DNA of 63,522 nt, filler included, from Octopus bimaculoides (taxonomy: Eukaryota), in the NCBI RefSeq assembly GCF_001194135.2. It is 8 parts of 8 records of this genome, joined end to end, with 100 filler letters (N's around TTAATTAATTAA, not from the genome) between each part and the next. Parts side by side here need not be neighbours in the genome. Positions count along the whole stretch, not along the records: positions 9,773 to 15,315 come from NC_068990.1; positions 15,416 to 40,839 come from NC_068983.1; 6 more parts are not named here. One strand, written 5' to 3'. The position numbers and the translations under genes are program-made. Positions 14,052 to 25,731 of this stretch are shown here, piece after piece. The notes beneath the pieces were generated by a model, which was not told the origin of the DNA, searched no databases, and worked only from the letters and a program-made list of their open reading frames with translations. Positions within the stretch are counted from its first letter, which is position 1. Each line of letters starts with the position of its first letter.

Positions 14052-15315
14052 GTGTGCGTATGCATGTATGCATATATGTATGTGTATATATATATATATA
14101 TATACATACATGTTTATATGTATGCATGCACATACATACACCTCCTCTCTTGCAGAGTCTTCTATATGTAAAATCTGTCCGCTGTAGGTCTAGTTAGGCC
14201 ATACCGATTTCAAAAAAAGAATGAAACATGTGTCCACAGGTGTCCTTTGGTTGAAAACAAAGATCAAACTGTCATTTCCTTAAGCATTTAAATTAACTTT
14301 AAGAAATTCTTATGATTTATCAGTTTCATTAGGCAAGTTATCAAAATTGTAACAAAGACCGCTTGTAAAAATATAGAGTAACTCCAGGTGTTGGAGACAG
14401 AGAGGGAGAAAACAATGTATAATAGTAAGGATCGAACAGAAAAAATGGGTAAGGATTTAGATTCAAATCATATGAAATTCGAACATCGACAATTAAGAAA
14501 TGAGTAATTAGAATAAGGGTTTCAATTCCCAACCCAGTTTTTAGCTGAAGGTTTATATTATGGTATATAAATATTTTCGAGAAGATTGGATGTTTAAAAT
14601 GAATAACATACAGTACAAAAAAGTTAAACCATATATCAGTTAACAAAGAACGTAAACCAACTAAGTGTTGCGATCCTGCCTGAAACTATTCTGATATATT
14701 CATTCAATTATCTAATAAATAGACTGCGAAAATTCTAAAGAGTTTGTGATATACAATGTTTTAAGTATACAAATCGAAATACAGAGAAAACGCTAATTAC
14801 TTATATGTCCCATCATTAACATAACATAAAGACCTCTGGTGGCTTACTTTTAAATCCATATCCGATTCGTAACGATATTTCATTATTCCTATTATATAAT
14901 GTAATGTATCATTCTCTTATCTTAAACTTATTCAGGTATATATATACACTCTTATCTATTACACCTTTGAATAGGACTTTGAAACTTAAATTTAATATTG
15001 GTAATTCTTTTTAGTCGACGGTAATTTAAAAGCCTTTAGGATTCAAAGTGAAATGTAATGCATTATCTTAATATCCATCACATTTATATTAATTTAATGC
15101 GACAGTTTGGAATCGACATAAATTTATAAATGAATTTAACTTAATCAAATCCTTGCCTTACTACGTTTTGTATGTTAATCCAAGCTGAAAGTTTGCAACA
15201 GAGAACCGAACGCATATTATACATCCGTTTCATAAAATGAAAATATCCCGAAGATATCTGTCATCCTGGTTTAAATTTGTTTTGTACTGCATTTTTTAAA
15301 TATTTTATTATATAT

Positions 15316-15415
15316 NNNNNNNNNNNNNNNNNNNNNNNNNNNNNNNNNNNNNNNNNNNNTTAATTAATTAANNNNNNNNNNNNNNNNNNNNNNNNNNNNN
15401 NNNNNNNNNNNNNNN
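15316..15415. other. Artificial scaffold join: 44 N + TTAATTAATTAA + 44 N
   Basis: The same 12-mer sits in the middle of ~100-nt gaps at 9717, 15360, 40884, 45460, 55386, 59671 and 61399; it places stop codons in all six frames. Confidence 0.95.
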
Positions 15416-15541
15416 ATGAAGTTAACTTCCCTCTTCCCTCAAAAACTGTTGGCCTTATGCCAAAATTTTAAATCATTATTTTGAGCTATCAAAACCCTGA
15501 AGCACTTTAATTTAGTTATTTCCACGATTTGCTTCACCATT

Positions 15542-15926
15542 AATTTTGCTCTTTCCTCATAGATGAAGCTTAATACAATTTATACAGTCATACCTTGGGC
15601 AGGTCATTATGCCAATAATAAACATGCTCTGATTCTATTTCACTTATTTCATTATTATTACCATACTGAATGTGATGCAGACTTTCTGCTGGTGAAGACC
15701 TTATAAGATCATGGATCCAGGCTGGTCATATGTTCTGCCAATTTTGCTCTTCCATCATAGATGAAGCTTAATACAATTTTCTGTCGTACCTTGGGCAGGT
15801 CATTATGCCAATAATATACACATGCACTGGTTCTATTTCATTTTTATTATTATCTTATTGAACTTGATGCAGACTTTCTGCTGGTGAAAACCTTGTAAAA
15901 TGATAGATCTAGGCTAATCATGTGTT
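15542..15926 (+). repeat. Tandem duplication, ~198 bp period, two diverged copies
   Basis: aattttgctct..catagatgaagcttaatacaattt...ccttgggcaggtcattatgccaataat...gatgcagactttctgctggtgaa at 15542 and 15740. Confidence 0.9.
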
Positions 15927-16201
15927 ATTATTATTATTAATCAATTAGTGAAATGCTTAACTAATTGCTTATTTGATTAATCATTCAGTCAGTCACTCAG
16001 CTATGTTTGTCAAAGTCCTTTCATCACCATTTTGCAATCTCATCAGTGACATGCCCTGTCTACTCCAGGTCTGTCTTGTTAACGCACAAAATATATAATT
16101 TTCATCTCCATTTAAGTTAATACAAATGGTACATATATAACTAGAGAATCCATCATATCTAACCAAATAAATTTGTCTTTCACCTATTTTCTATTTCCCA
16201 G

Positions 16202-16328
16202 GAGGATCCAGAAGCAGGATTTAATTCCATGTACCCATCTCTGTTCCTCTCACCTGGAGGTTACAAATTTGAGCAATTTCTCTTCTACTTGTCCAGATAT
16301 GTTTTACTGAAAACACTGAAAAAAGAAT
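16202..16328 (+). CDS. HAUS6: HAUS6 first visible coding exon (internal; upstream exons missing)
   Basis: ttctatttcccAG acceptor, GTaata donor. Encodes EDPEAGFNSMYPSLFLSPGGYKFEQFLFYLSRYVLLKTLKKE, matching the recalled HAUS6 N-domain motif SLFLSPGGxKF (human SLFLSPGGPKFIHLMYHFARFVAMKYI). Phase 0 to 1. Confidence 0.9.
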
Positions 16329-16419
16329 GTAATAAAAAATTTTATTCTCTTTATGTTTATTTATATAGCTACTTCTTCACTGATATTTTTTTTTCTGTAG
16401 CATACCGAACTAAATTCGA

Positions 16420-16850
16420 TGACTGGCACCCATGTCAACATCGTCTCCTTCATTGGACATGAAACTCGGCTTGCGAAGACCTGTTGGGGCAAGCGAAAGC
16501 GAAATCGTGATGGCACCTGTGCCCAGCGCCGCCTTCCTGGCACATGTAAAAACATTCGAGTGAGATCGTTGCCAGTGCCGCTGGACTGGCTCCTGTCCAG
16601 GTGGCATGTAAAATACACCATTTTGAGCATGGTCGTTGCCAGTACCGCCTGACTGGCCTTTGTGCCAGTGGCACATAAAAGCACCCACTACACTCTCGGA
16701 ATGGTTGGCATTAGGAAGGGCATCCAGCTGTAGAAACTCTACCAGATCAGATTGGAGCCTGGTGTAGCCATCTGGTTCGCCAGTCCTCAGTCAAATCGTC
16801 CAACCCATGCTAGCATGGAAAGTGGACGTTAAACAATGATGATGATGATG
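16420..16850 (+). mobile_element. Repeat family C (putative RTE 3' UTR), representative copy
   Basis: Shared core ggttggcattaggaagggcatccagctgtagaaa...ccaacccatgctagcatggaaa...(ATG)n tail. Other approximate copies: 17690-17820+, 19790-20025+, 20995-21430+, 22060-22385+, 23045-23365+, 24240-24445-, 25495-25660+, 27720-27920+, 31350-31510-, 32550-32870-, 37700-37860+, 37875-38095-, 38625-38820+, 61480-61868+. Confidence 0.85.
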
Positions 16851-16973
16851 ACAATGGTCAACTTCCATGACCCTTAATGAATCTCAGATCCTTTAATTAT
16901 TTTTGTTCTTATTTCTTTATATCTGTTCTTTAATATATATTATTTTTTTCTGTTGTTGTACCTATTGTTGTAG

Positions 16974-17142
16974 GTAATATTAAAGATGGTTATCTTAGAT
17001 GTCCAACACTGAAGCCCTCACATCCTCAAGCAACCCACATTCCGAAGATCCTGAAATGTGCCACAATCAAAAATGTCCAGTCATTGTTGGTGAGCATTGA
17101 TGAGAATCTAAAACTCTACTGGAAATGGCAAGAGGCTACAAA
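16974..17142 (+). CDS. HAUS6: HAUS6 exon 2 (visible)
   Basis: tgttgtAG / GTaagc; open frame (C)NIKDGYLRCPTLKPSHPQATHIPKILKCATIKNVQSLLVSIDENLKLYWKWQEAT; phase 1 to 2, compatible with both neighbours. Confidence 0.8.
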
Positions 17143-17622
17143 GTAAGCTTGTATTTGCTTCCATTCCTCATTGTAGTTGTCATGTTATCTGAATAATCCA
17201 TCTTTGACCATCTAGATTCTACATTAATCCATTACCGCCCATAATTCTATTAACTGGAATTTTTTCATGAAACTTTGATTTCTAGCATAAAACAGCCTTA
17301 GAAACATGCTGGAAGGATCAAAATAACATTTCATAATAACATTTTAAATAGAAATAATCGAGATATTGAGTGAAAAATTAGCAAACCTCATTTGAATATC
17401 AGAGAAATATACCTAGTAGATATAGCAAAAAGGTTAGATATATGTAAATATTGACAGATAATTATGAAATTTGTAATTTTTAAGTGATCTCCTATGAGAT
17501 CACTGGTAGGTAATGGGTTAAATGTGTTAGGAGTCTCTCCCTTTATATTCAGCCCCTGAACAACTCATATCTGTTAAGCTGTACAGCTCTAGTATTTTCT
17601 TGTATATAGATTTTATCAATTC

Positions 17623-17660
<38 letters not shown>

Positions 17661-19090
17661 ACATCACATTTAGTACACTCTGTCAAGTAGTTGGCATTAG
17701 GAAGGGCATCCAGCTGTAGAAGCCATACCAAAACAGACAGTGGAACCTGGTACAGCTCCTGTCAAACCATCCAACCCGTGCCAACATGGAAAAATAAATG
17801 TTAAATGATGATGATGATCACATACACATGCATATGACAGGCTTCCACAGAGTTCCCATCAAGTAAATTCACTGACAAGGCACAGCTCTGTCTGAATCTA
17901 TAGTAGAAGGCCCTTGCCCAAAGTACCACACAGTGAAACTGAACCAGTAACTGTGGTTTGCAAAACAAACTTCTTACCCACGCATCTGTGGTTGTTCTGT
18001 ATGTTTTAAGGAATGAACCATCATGCTTTTCCNNNNNNNNNNNNNNNNNNNNNNNNNNNNNNNNNNNNNNNNNNNNNNNNNNNNNNNNNNNNNNNNNNNN
18101 NNNNNNNNNNNNNNNNNNNNNNNNNNNNNNNNNNNNNNNNNNNNNNNNNNNNNNNNNNNNNNNNNNNNNNNNNNNNNNNNNNNNNNNNNNNNNNNNNNNN
18201 NNNNNNNNNNNNNNNNNNNNNNNNNNNNNNNNNNNNNNNNNNNNNNNNNNNNNNNNNNNNNNNNNNNNNNNNNNNNNNNNNNNNNNNNNNNNNNNNNNNN
18301 NNNNNNNNNNNNNNNNNNNNNNNNNNNNNNNNNNNNNNNNNNNNNNNNNNNNNNNNNNNNNNNNNNNNNNNNNNNNNNNNNNNNNNNNNNNNNNNNNNNN
18401 NNNNNNNNNNNNNNNNNNNNNNNNNNATATATATATATATATACATATATACGACGGGCTTCTTTCAGTTTCCGTTTACCAAATCCACTCACAAGGCTTT
18501 GGTCGGTCTGAGGCTATAGTAGAAGACACTTGCCCAAGATGCCACGCAGTGTGACTGAACCTGGAACCATGTGGTTGGTAAGCAAGCTACTTACCACACA
18601 GCCACTCCTGCGCCTTTGTTTCAGTTAACTTTGAAAATGATAAAAATTTTATTAAACTAACTGTCTCATTATTTACATGATGTTTAGAACATAGATTAAT
18701 ATGGAATGTTGAGGGAAGATTTTAATTTTGATCACTTTAAAACAGGGAATTAGCATCATAGATCTAGGGGCAGTTTCAAGAAAGTTTGTGTTAAAAGGGT
18801 AAAAGAAATTTTGTGTCTATTTCTAGCATGTTGAGTGACCATGTAGAAGCCCATGGTGTCTCATTATTCAGAACTTTCCTCAAAGTGGGAGTATATCACA
18901 GCGAATATAGTTTTATGCTACATGTGGTACATGTCCAATATAGCTATTTGCCATAAATATGATAATTTAAAGTTACATGTCAACCTCCAGATATATTCTA
19001 TTTTGCACTAATTCTGAGTAAATAGCCAAAATGTTCCACTAAACTAACAGATTGTACTGAAATTCATTAATTTTTCTTTTCTTTCCCAAG

Positions 19091-19171
19091 GAAACTTACA
19101 GAAGAATACAAAATCCAGTTCAAAAAAATAAACCGCATGAATTCAAATCTGGATGCATTAAAAGAAAACAA
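19091..19171 (+). CDS. HAUS6: HAUS6 exon 3 (visible), coiled-coil-like
   Basis: ttttctttcccaAG / GTgagt; 81 nt, KLTEEYKIQFKKINRMNSNLDALKEN; phase 2 to 2. Confidence 0.8.
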
Positions 19172-19211
19172 GTGAGTGATTGATTGTCTGTCTGTCTAAA
19201 AATGTGTATAT

Positions 19212-19745
19212 TCCTTCATTCTTTTATGCATTTCAGTGCAAAGGCTGTGGCCATGCTGGGGCACTGTTAGTATTATCACCTTTCTTGTGTGATTGGTGAA
19301 GGAGAGAGTTTGATATTCCTGCCCTCTTTCGAGTTTCTTGCCATGATGTTAGCTCATCTGGGGCCTTGGACAGCAGGAAGTCAAGTTCTTTCTTGAAAGC
19401 ATCCACTTCAACTCCATGCAGAACTCTCAGGTGTTTTGGCTAGGTATTACACAGCCATGGGCCCTTGAATCCCAAGCTGTTGCAATACACAGTCCTCACA
19501 ATAGATAGGATGGCTGGGACCTTTGGAGCCATGCAGTGATATCCAGTTCTGTGTCTGGTATAGCTCTTGATGCCAAAGTCAGGTGCCAACCGCTCCAGGA
19601 TCTTCCATATGTATATCACCGCACACCTCTCCCATCTTCGCTCCTGGGAGTAGAGTCGTAGTTCTTTCAATCTCTCCTTGTAGCTCAGCTGTTCTATTGA
19701 TGCAATCTTCTTGGTGTGGTACTGTTGAACTGCGTCAAGTTATGT
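19212..19745 (-). mobile_element. CR1-type LINE 3' fragment with tail
   Basis: Translates QQYHTKKIASIEQLSYKERLKELRLYSQERRWERCAVIYIWKILERLAPDFGIKSY...CNSLGFKGPWL, a typical CR1 ORF2 end, followed by a short 3' tail. Confidence 0.8.
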
Positions 19746-20257
19746 TATTAATTTGACACAAAATCAAATCAAATCACATCCAAATGGAAATCGTAGTTGC
19801 GGTCACTGGCTCCCGTACTGGTGGCACGCAATAAGTACCATTCATGCGTAGGTCATTGCCAGTGCTGCCTGGATAGCTCCCTGTACCGGTGGCACGTTAA
19901 AAGCACCATCCGAGCGAGGTTGATGCCAGATCAGATTGGAGCCTGGTGCAGCCTCCTGGCTTGCCAGTCAAGCTGTCCAACCCATGCCAGCATGGAAAAC
20001 GGACATTAAACGATGATGATGACGATGTGGGGTGACCACAGTTGAGAGCAGTAATCCACACGACTGAGACAAATGCCCTCCATACAACCAGCATAGTTTC
20101 CTGCTCTCTTGTTCTGAAAGTTCTCAGGATCTATTCATATATATAAATATATACTTGCATGTTTGCTCTGTGTAAAACATATCTCATTGTTTGTAGCTAT
20201 GAATATTCAGAAACACCTATTTATAGATCTTGTTGAATTACTTGAATTTTTGCCCAG

Positions 20258-20312
20258 GACTAAAGAAAATTGTGATGGTACAGATGACGCAAGAAATGAA
20301 GTTTTATATTGG
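20258..20312 (+). CDS. HAUS6: HAUS6 exon 4 (visible)
   Basis: tttttgcccAG / GTaagt; TKENCDGTDDARNEVLYW; phase 2 to 0. Confidence 0.75.
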
Positions 20313-20336
20313 GTAAGTGTCCTATACTGTATTTAA

Positions 20337-20612
20337 CAGGGGTTTTCAAACTTTTTGACTTGCGGACCCCTTTATATTTCAGGCTTTACCTTAGGGACCC
20401 CCTTATAAACGCTTATGAAATTTATACATAGATATTTGCTTAAAATAACATATATTTTTACATTTATTTATTTAACAGTATTTAACAAAATAGGTTTATT
20501 GTCAATTAAAAGATTTCGATTAAAAAACATATATAAAATCAAATTGCCCATAAAAAGTATTTGCTGTCCACGGACCCCCTGTGGTCTGCGGACCACAGTT
20601 TGAAAACCCCTG
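20337..20612. mobile_element. hAT (Charlie-type) MITE, 276 bp
   Basis: Perfect 16-bp TIR caggggttttcaaact / agtttgaaaacccctg; perfect 8-bp TSD gtatttaa (20329-20336, 20613-20620). Confidence 0.95.
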
Positions 20613-20804
20613 GTATTTAACCCCACAAGTCCCTGCTTCAACATGTTTTATCTGTTGTCTTTGCAACTCTGTTTGCTTTTATGGTTGTTAAGTTTTAAAA
20701 TGTGATTCAGTTTCCTTTTCAATTCCTTATCCCTACCACTATTCTCATCCTAAATTCTTTTTTTTATATTTTCTAAAATCAAAAACCTGTTTTCTTCTCA
20801 TCAG

Positions 20805-20978
20805 ATCAAGCACCAATGGAAAGACATGCTTCATCAGATACAATCCCAGAATGCTGACAGAGAGACAATCCAGTCTGTCATCAAAAGCTTTGAGAGTAAA
20901 CACAAACTTGACATGCAGTTAATTAATGCCTGTATTCCAGACCAACTGCTTCAGGTTAAAGAGCAAGAAATTCAAGAG
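20805..20978 (+). CDS. HAUS6: HAUS6 exon 5 (visible)
   Basis: ttttcttctcatcAG / GTaagc; 58 codons IKHQWKDMLHQIQSQNADRETIQSVIKSFESKHKLDMQLINACIPDQLLQVKEQEIQE, resembling recalled human KVRSLWASV...EREVVSSVL...LDGTNVAINIPRLLLDKIEKQMFQ. Confidence 0.85.
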
Positions 20979-22960
20979 GTAAGCATATACATATATATCC
21001 TACGTCGTCTCCTTCATTGGACATGAAACTCGGCTTGTGAAGACCTGTTGGGGCAAGCGAAAGCGAAATTGTGATGGCACCTGTGCCCAGAGTCGCCTTC
21101 CTGGCACTTGTGCCGGTGTCACGTATAAAGACATTCGAGCGAGATCGTTGCCAGTGCCGCTGGACTGGCTCCTGTGCAGGTGGCATGTAAAATACACCAT
21201 TTTGAGCGTGACTGTTGCCAGTACCACCTGACTGGCCTTCGTGCTGGTGGCACATAAAAGCACCCACTACAATCTTGGAATGGTTGGCATTAGGAAAGGC
21301 ATCCAGCTGTAGAAACTCTGCCAAATCAGATTGGAGCCTGGTGTAGCCATCTGGTTAACCAGTCCTCAGTCAAAGCATCCAACCCATGCTAGCATGGAAA
21401 GCAGACGTTAAACGACGATGATGATGATGATTCTTTATATCTTTAATAATCCATTGTTTCTTATTTCTTTATTGCCCACAAGGGGCTAAACATAGAGTGG
21501 GCAAACAAGGACACACAAAGGGATTAAGTCGATTACATCGACCCCCCAGTGCGTAACTGGTACTTAATTTATCGACCCCCGAAAGGATGAAAGGCAATAA
21601 TCCATTGTTTCTGTGAGATTTCTGTATCGTCATCGTCATCATTTGATATCCATGTTCCATGTGTTGGATGGTTTGACAGGATCTGATGGGTCCAAGAACT
21701 ACAAAGTACCCCCAATGTCTGCTTTGGCATTGTTTCTACAGTTGGATACCCTTCTGGATGCCTTGTGATAAGTGAAATTTGTTTGATGAAAACTGTTTGG
21801 AAACCTGACATTTGTGTGTGTGTTTGCCTTGGTGTCTTCACAATGACACTACATGGGCAGTGATGACCTAGGTTGATTTTCCTGCATAAATATTTTGCCG
21901 CCAGGCAGTTCAGTGTGTGGAGCAAAGTGAAATAAAGTACCTGATTTATAAACAAGTATGGGTTGACATCAAGAAGTACATCCGGTCATAGGGTAGTGCC
22001 TTAGCCCTTTTTCTACTGGAAGCACATATATAAAGCAGTTTTATATCCCCATCATTACCAGTGTTGCCTTCTAGCACTTGTGCTGGTGGCATGTTAGAAA
22101 ACCATTCGAGCGAGGTTGTTGCCAGTGCCGCTGGACTGGCTCCTGTGCAGGTGGCACGTAAAAAACACCTTTTTGAGCGTGGCTGTTGCCAGTACCGTGT
22201 GACTGGCCCTCATGCCAGTGGAACGTAAAAGCACCCACTATACTCTCAGGAAGGGCATGCAGCTGTAGAAACTCTGCCAAATCAAATTGGAGCCTGGTGC
22301 AGCCATCCGGTTCACCAGTCCTCAATCAAATCGTCCAACCCATGCTAGCATGGAAAGCGGACGTTAAACGATGATGATGATGGTGATCTATCTTTTGTTA
22401 AGGAATGTCATAGTTGCAACTTATTTTTTTGTTAAAATATATTAAGTTTATTGAGGCAATGTGATTTACAGAAAAATTCAAATTCTATTGTTTGGTAGAT
22501 ATTTAACATCATTACTGAAATAATTAAGGCAACAAGCTGGCAGAATCGTTAGCACACCAGGCGAAATGCTTAGCGGTATTTCATCCACCACTACGTTCAG
22601 AGTTGACTTTGCCTTTCATCCTGTCAGGGTTGACGAAATAATTGCCAGTTACACACTGCGGGTCGCTATAATCGACTAGCCCCCTTCCCCCAAAATTTTC
22701 AAGGCCTTGTGCCTAGAGTAGAAATAACTACTGAAATAATTATGAAATATAATTTTGCTGTTAAAGGGTTAAGAAGGCTAATCCAATCCAAAGCAGATGT
22801 AAAAATGGTGATGAGAATGATACAGTATACAACAGATGATTATTTCTGCAATATGTGATTTTTAAAATAGTCTTTTATGTTTTTGTGGATAATTTTAATT
22901 TTTTTGAATTTATGTATTCCTCGGCGATTTTTTTTATTTTGTTTTCTTTTTATATTTTAG

Positions 22961-23007
22961 GGGAAAGTAGAAAGTCTCTACAGAAGAGGAAAACTGGACA
23001 TTGCTAG
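22961..23007 (+). CDS. HAUS6: HAUS6 exon 6 (visible)
   Basis: tatattttAG / GTaagg; GKVESLYRRGKLDIA (recalled human GNVYEAGKLNL); phase 0 to 2. Confidence 0.8.
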
Positions 23008-23749
23008 GTAAGGCAGTGTTTTTGACATCTTATATAATAATGAGCGTGATCATTGCCAGAGCAGCTGTCTGGTTTCCATGCCGGTGGCACGTAAATAGCA
23101 CCATATGAGCATGTTTGTTACCAACGTCACCTTACTGGCACTTGTGCCGGTGGCATGTGAAAAAAACATTCGAACGTAGCCATTGCCAGTAGCGCCTGAC
23201 TGGCACGTAAAAGCACCCACTACACTCAGAGTGGTTGGCATTAGGAAGGGCATCCAGCTGTAGAAANNNNNNNNNNTCAGAGTGGTTGGCATTAGGAAGG
23301 GCATCCAGCTGTAGAAACTCTGCCAGATCAGGTTGGAGCCTGGTGCAGCCATCTGGTTCGCCAATCACACTGGCTTAGCATGGTTTAACAGGGGGATGCA
23401 GTTTTTTATACTCATACCCAACAGTAAAGTCGATTACATCAACCCCAGTGCTAAGTACCATCAACTGGTACTTAGTTTATCAACCCGGAAAGGATGAAAG
23501 GCAAAGTCAACCTCGGCGGGATTTGAACTCGGAACAGACAGATTGACAAAATACCGCTAAGCATTTTGCCAGGTGTGCTAACAGTTCTGCCAGCTCACTG
23601 CCTTATAACAAATATTATATATTAATATTATATGTATATATTAATATATCAAAAAGATCAAAGGTTCTTCCTGAGCCATAGGTTTGTGAAGCTGATTTCT
23701 CAAATTCTGTGACGTATATATTCTCCACCTGGACAGGACACCAGTCCAT

Positions 23750-24047
23750 CATTATCATCACTTAACATCCATTGTCCATGCTGGCATGGGTTGGATGGTA
23801 TGAGTAGGCTGGAAGGCTGCGCCAGGTTCCAGTCTGATTTGGCATGGTTTTCTACAGCTGGATGCCCTTCATTACTGCCAACCACTCCGAGAGTGTAACA
23901 GCTGCTTTTACATGCCACCAGCACAGGTACCATTTGTATGACACTGGTATCTGCCATGACTGCGATTTTGCTCGGCTTGATGGGTCTTCTTCTCAAGCAT
24001 GGCATAATGCCAAAGGTCTTGGTCATTGCCTCCTTGAGGCCCAACAC
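23750..24047 (-). mobile_element. RTE LINE 3' end (last codons plus 3' UTR)
   Basis: Begins ttgggcctcaaggaggcaatgacc...gagaagacc like 26780-26850, then runs into the abundant ggttggc..gaagggcatccagctgtagaaa...ccaacccatgccagcatgga...gatgat repeat. Confidence 0.75.
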
Positions 24048-24667
24048 TCATATATATACTACTATATACCTTATTGATAGCATATAAGATGCATTTATTG
24101 TTTTGAAACAAAATGTTTTAAAAATCACTCTGGGTCCTGTATACGAAGTTGAGCCTCTTAGACATGCATGAATGCACAAAAACTTTTTTATCCTGAAATT
24201 GTGTAGCATCTTTTATACCATCAAATGCAGTGTGTAATATTCATCATCGTTTAACGTCCGTTTTCTATGCTAGCATGGGTTGGACGATTTGACTGAGGAC
24301 TGGTAAGCCAGAAGGCTGCACCAGGCTCCAATCTGATCTGGCAGAGTTTCTACAGCTGGATGCCCTTCCTAACGCCAACCACTCCGAGAGTGTAGTGGGT
24401 GCTTTTACGTGCCACCGGCACAAGGGCCAGTCACACGGTACTGGGCACTCTAATATATAATGTTTTTAATGATAACGAAGTTATTAGTTGCTGTTGTTTT
24501 AGTTCTGGCCATAAATGATTCCATGGTGTTATTAAGATTATTGAATTCTCTGCTGTGCTGCTGACATTTTGGTCTATGTTTTATATTAGTACCTTGTACA
24601 GTGTTAGTCAAATTTTGCTGACCTTTTGGGGCTTTAGCTTATTTTTTTTTTCTATCTCTCTTTTCAG

Positions 24668-24723
24668 TTTAATTAAACTCTCCAACTTCAGTTTACAGAT
24701 GTATCATGAAAAATTGCAATCTA
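24668..24723 (+). CDS. HAUS6: HAUS6 exon 7 (visible)
   Basis: ctcttttcAG / GTaagt; LIKLSNFSLQMYHEKLQS; phase 2 to 1. Confidence 0.8.
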
Positions 24724-24782
24724 GTAAGTGATAATTTTATGCATAATATATATGTTTGTATAATATGTTAAATGATGATGAA

Positions 24783-24876
<94 letters not shown>

Positions 24877-24943
24877 AAAATGTACATGTATCTATAATGC
24901 CACTCTTTCTCTCGCTCTCTCTCTCTTTATAAATATGTATATA

Positions 24944-25260
24944 GGTGCAGGCTCGGCTGTGTGGTAAGAAGCTTGCTTCCCAACCACATGGTTCCAGGTT
25001 CAGTCCCACTGTGGGCAAGTGTCTTCTATTATAGCCTCAGACTGGCCAAAGCCTTTTGAGTGGATTTAGTAGATGAAAACTAAAGGAAGCCTGTCGCGAA
25101 TGTTTGTGTTTGTCCCCCCCTCCATCGCTTGACAACCAATGTTGGTGTGTTTACGTCCCCGTAACTTAGCAGTTCATCAAAAGAGACTGATAAAATAAGT
25201 CCTGGCATCAGTTTGTTTGACTAAAGGTGATGCTCTAGCATGGCCACAGTCAAATGATTG
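24944..25260 (+). mobile_element. SINE family A (tRNA-like head, internal microsatellite, CR1-like tail), full copy
   Basis: Head ggctgtgtggtaagaagcttgcttcccaaccacatggttccaggttcagtccc (A/B-box-like); tail ...gctctagcatggccacagtcaaatga. Other approximate copies or halves: 6851-6998+, 9405-9600-, 10750-10885-, 10950-11160+, 11353-11520+, 18450-18612-, 27310-27680+, 28958-29110+, 32391-32540+, 36585-37260+, 40640-40839-, 47940-48790-, 49110-50332- (interrupted), 62490-62725+, 62757-62870-. Confidence 0.9.
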
Positions 25261-25731
25261 ATAATGTACATGTATGTATAATGTCTCTCCCTAATGATAT
25301 CCATGGGTTTCTTTGGTTTGTTTGACACAGCTGGATTGAATGGTACTGCACAGGTGTCGAAACCATAATGATATCCATGGGGCAGCTGATGATGGAAGTA
25401 TGTTGGATTGTTGGTATGGCTGTTTTGTATATGTAAAATAGTATTATTAGATTGTTGGTATGCTGTGGAATAGTATTATAACAGATCCTTTTGATATTCT
25501 CTGAATGGTTGGCGTTAGGAAGGGCATCCAGCTGTAGAAACTCTGCCAAATTTAGATTGGAGCCTGGTGTTGCCATCCGGTTTCACCAGTCCTCAGTCAA
25601 GTCGTCCAACCCATGCTAGCATGGAAAGCGGACGTTAAACGATGATGATGATGATGATAGATAGATAATTTTGAATTAACAGAGAAAGTGTAAAATAACA
25701 TAACTTTCAATATGATTATTTTCCAATTTAG

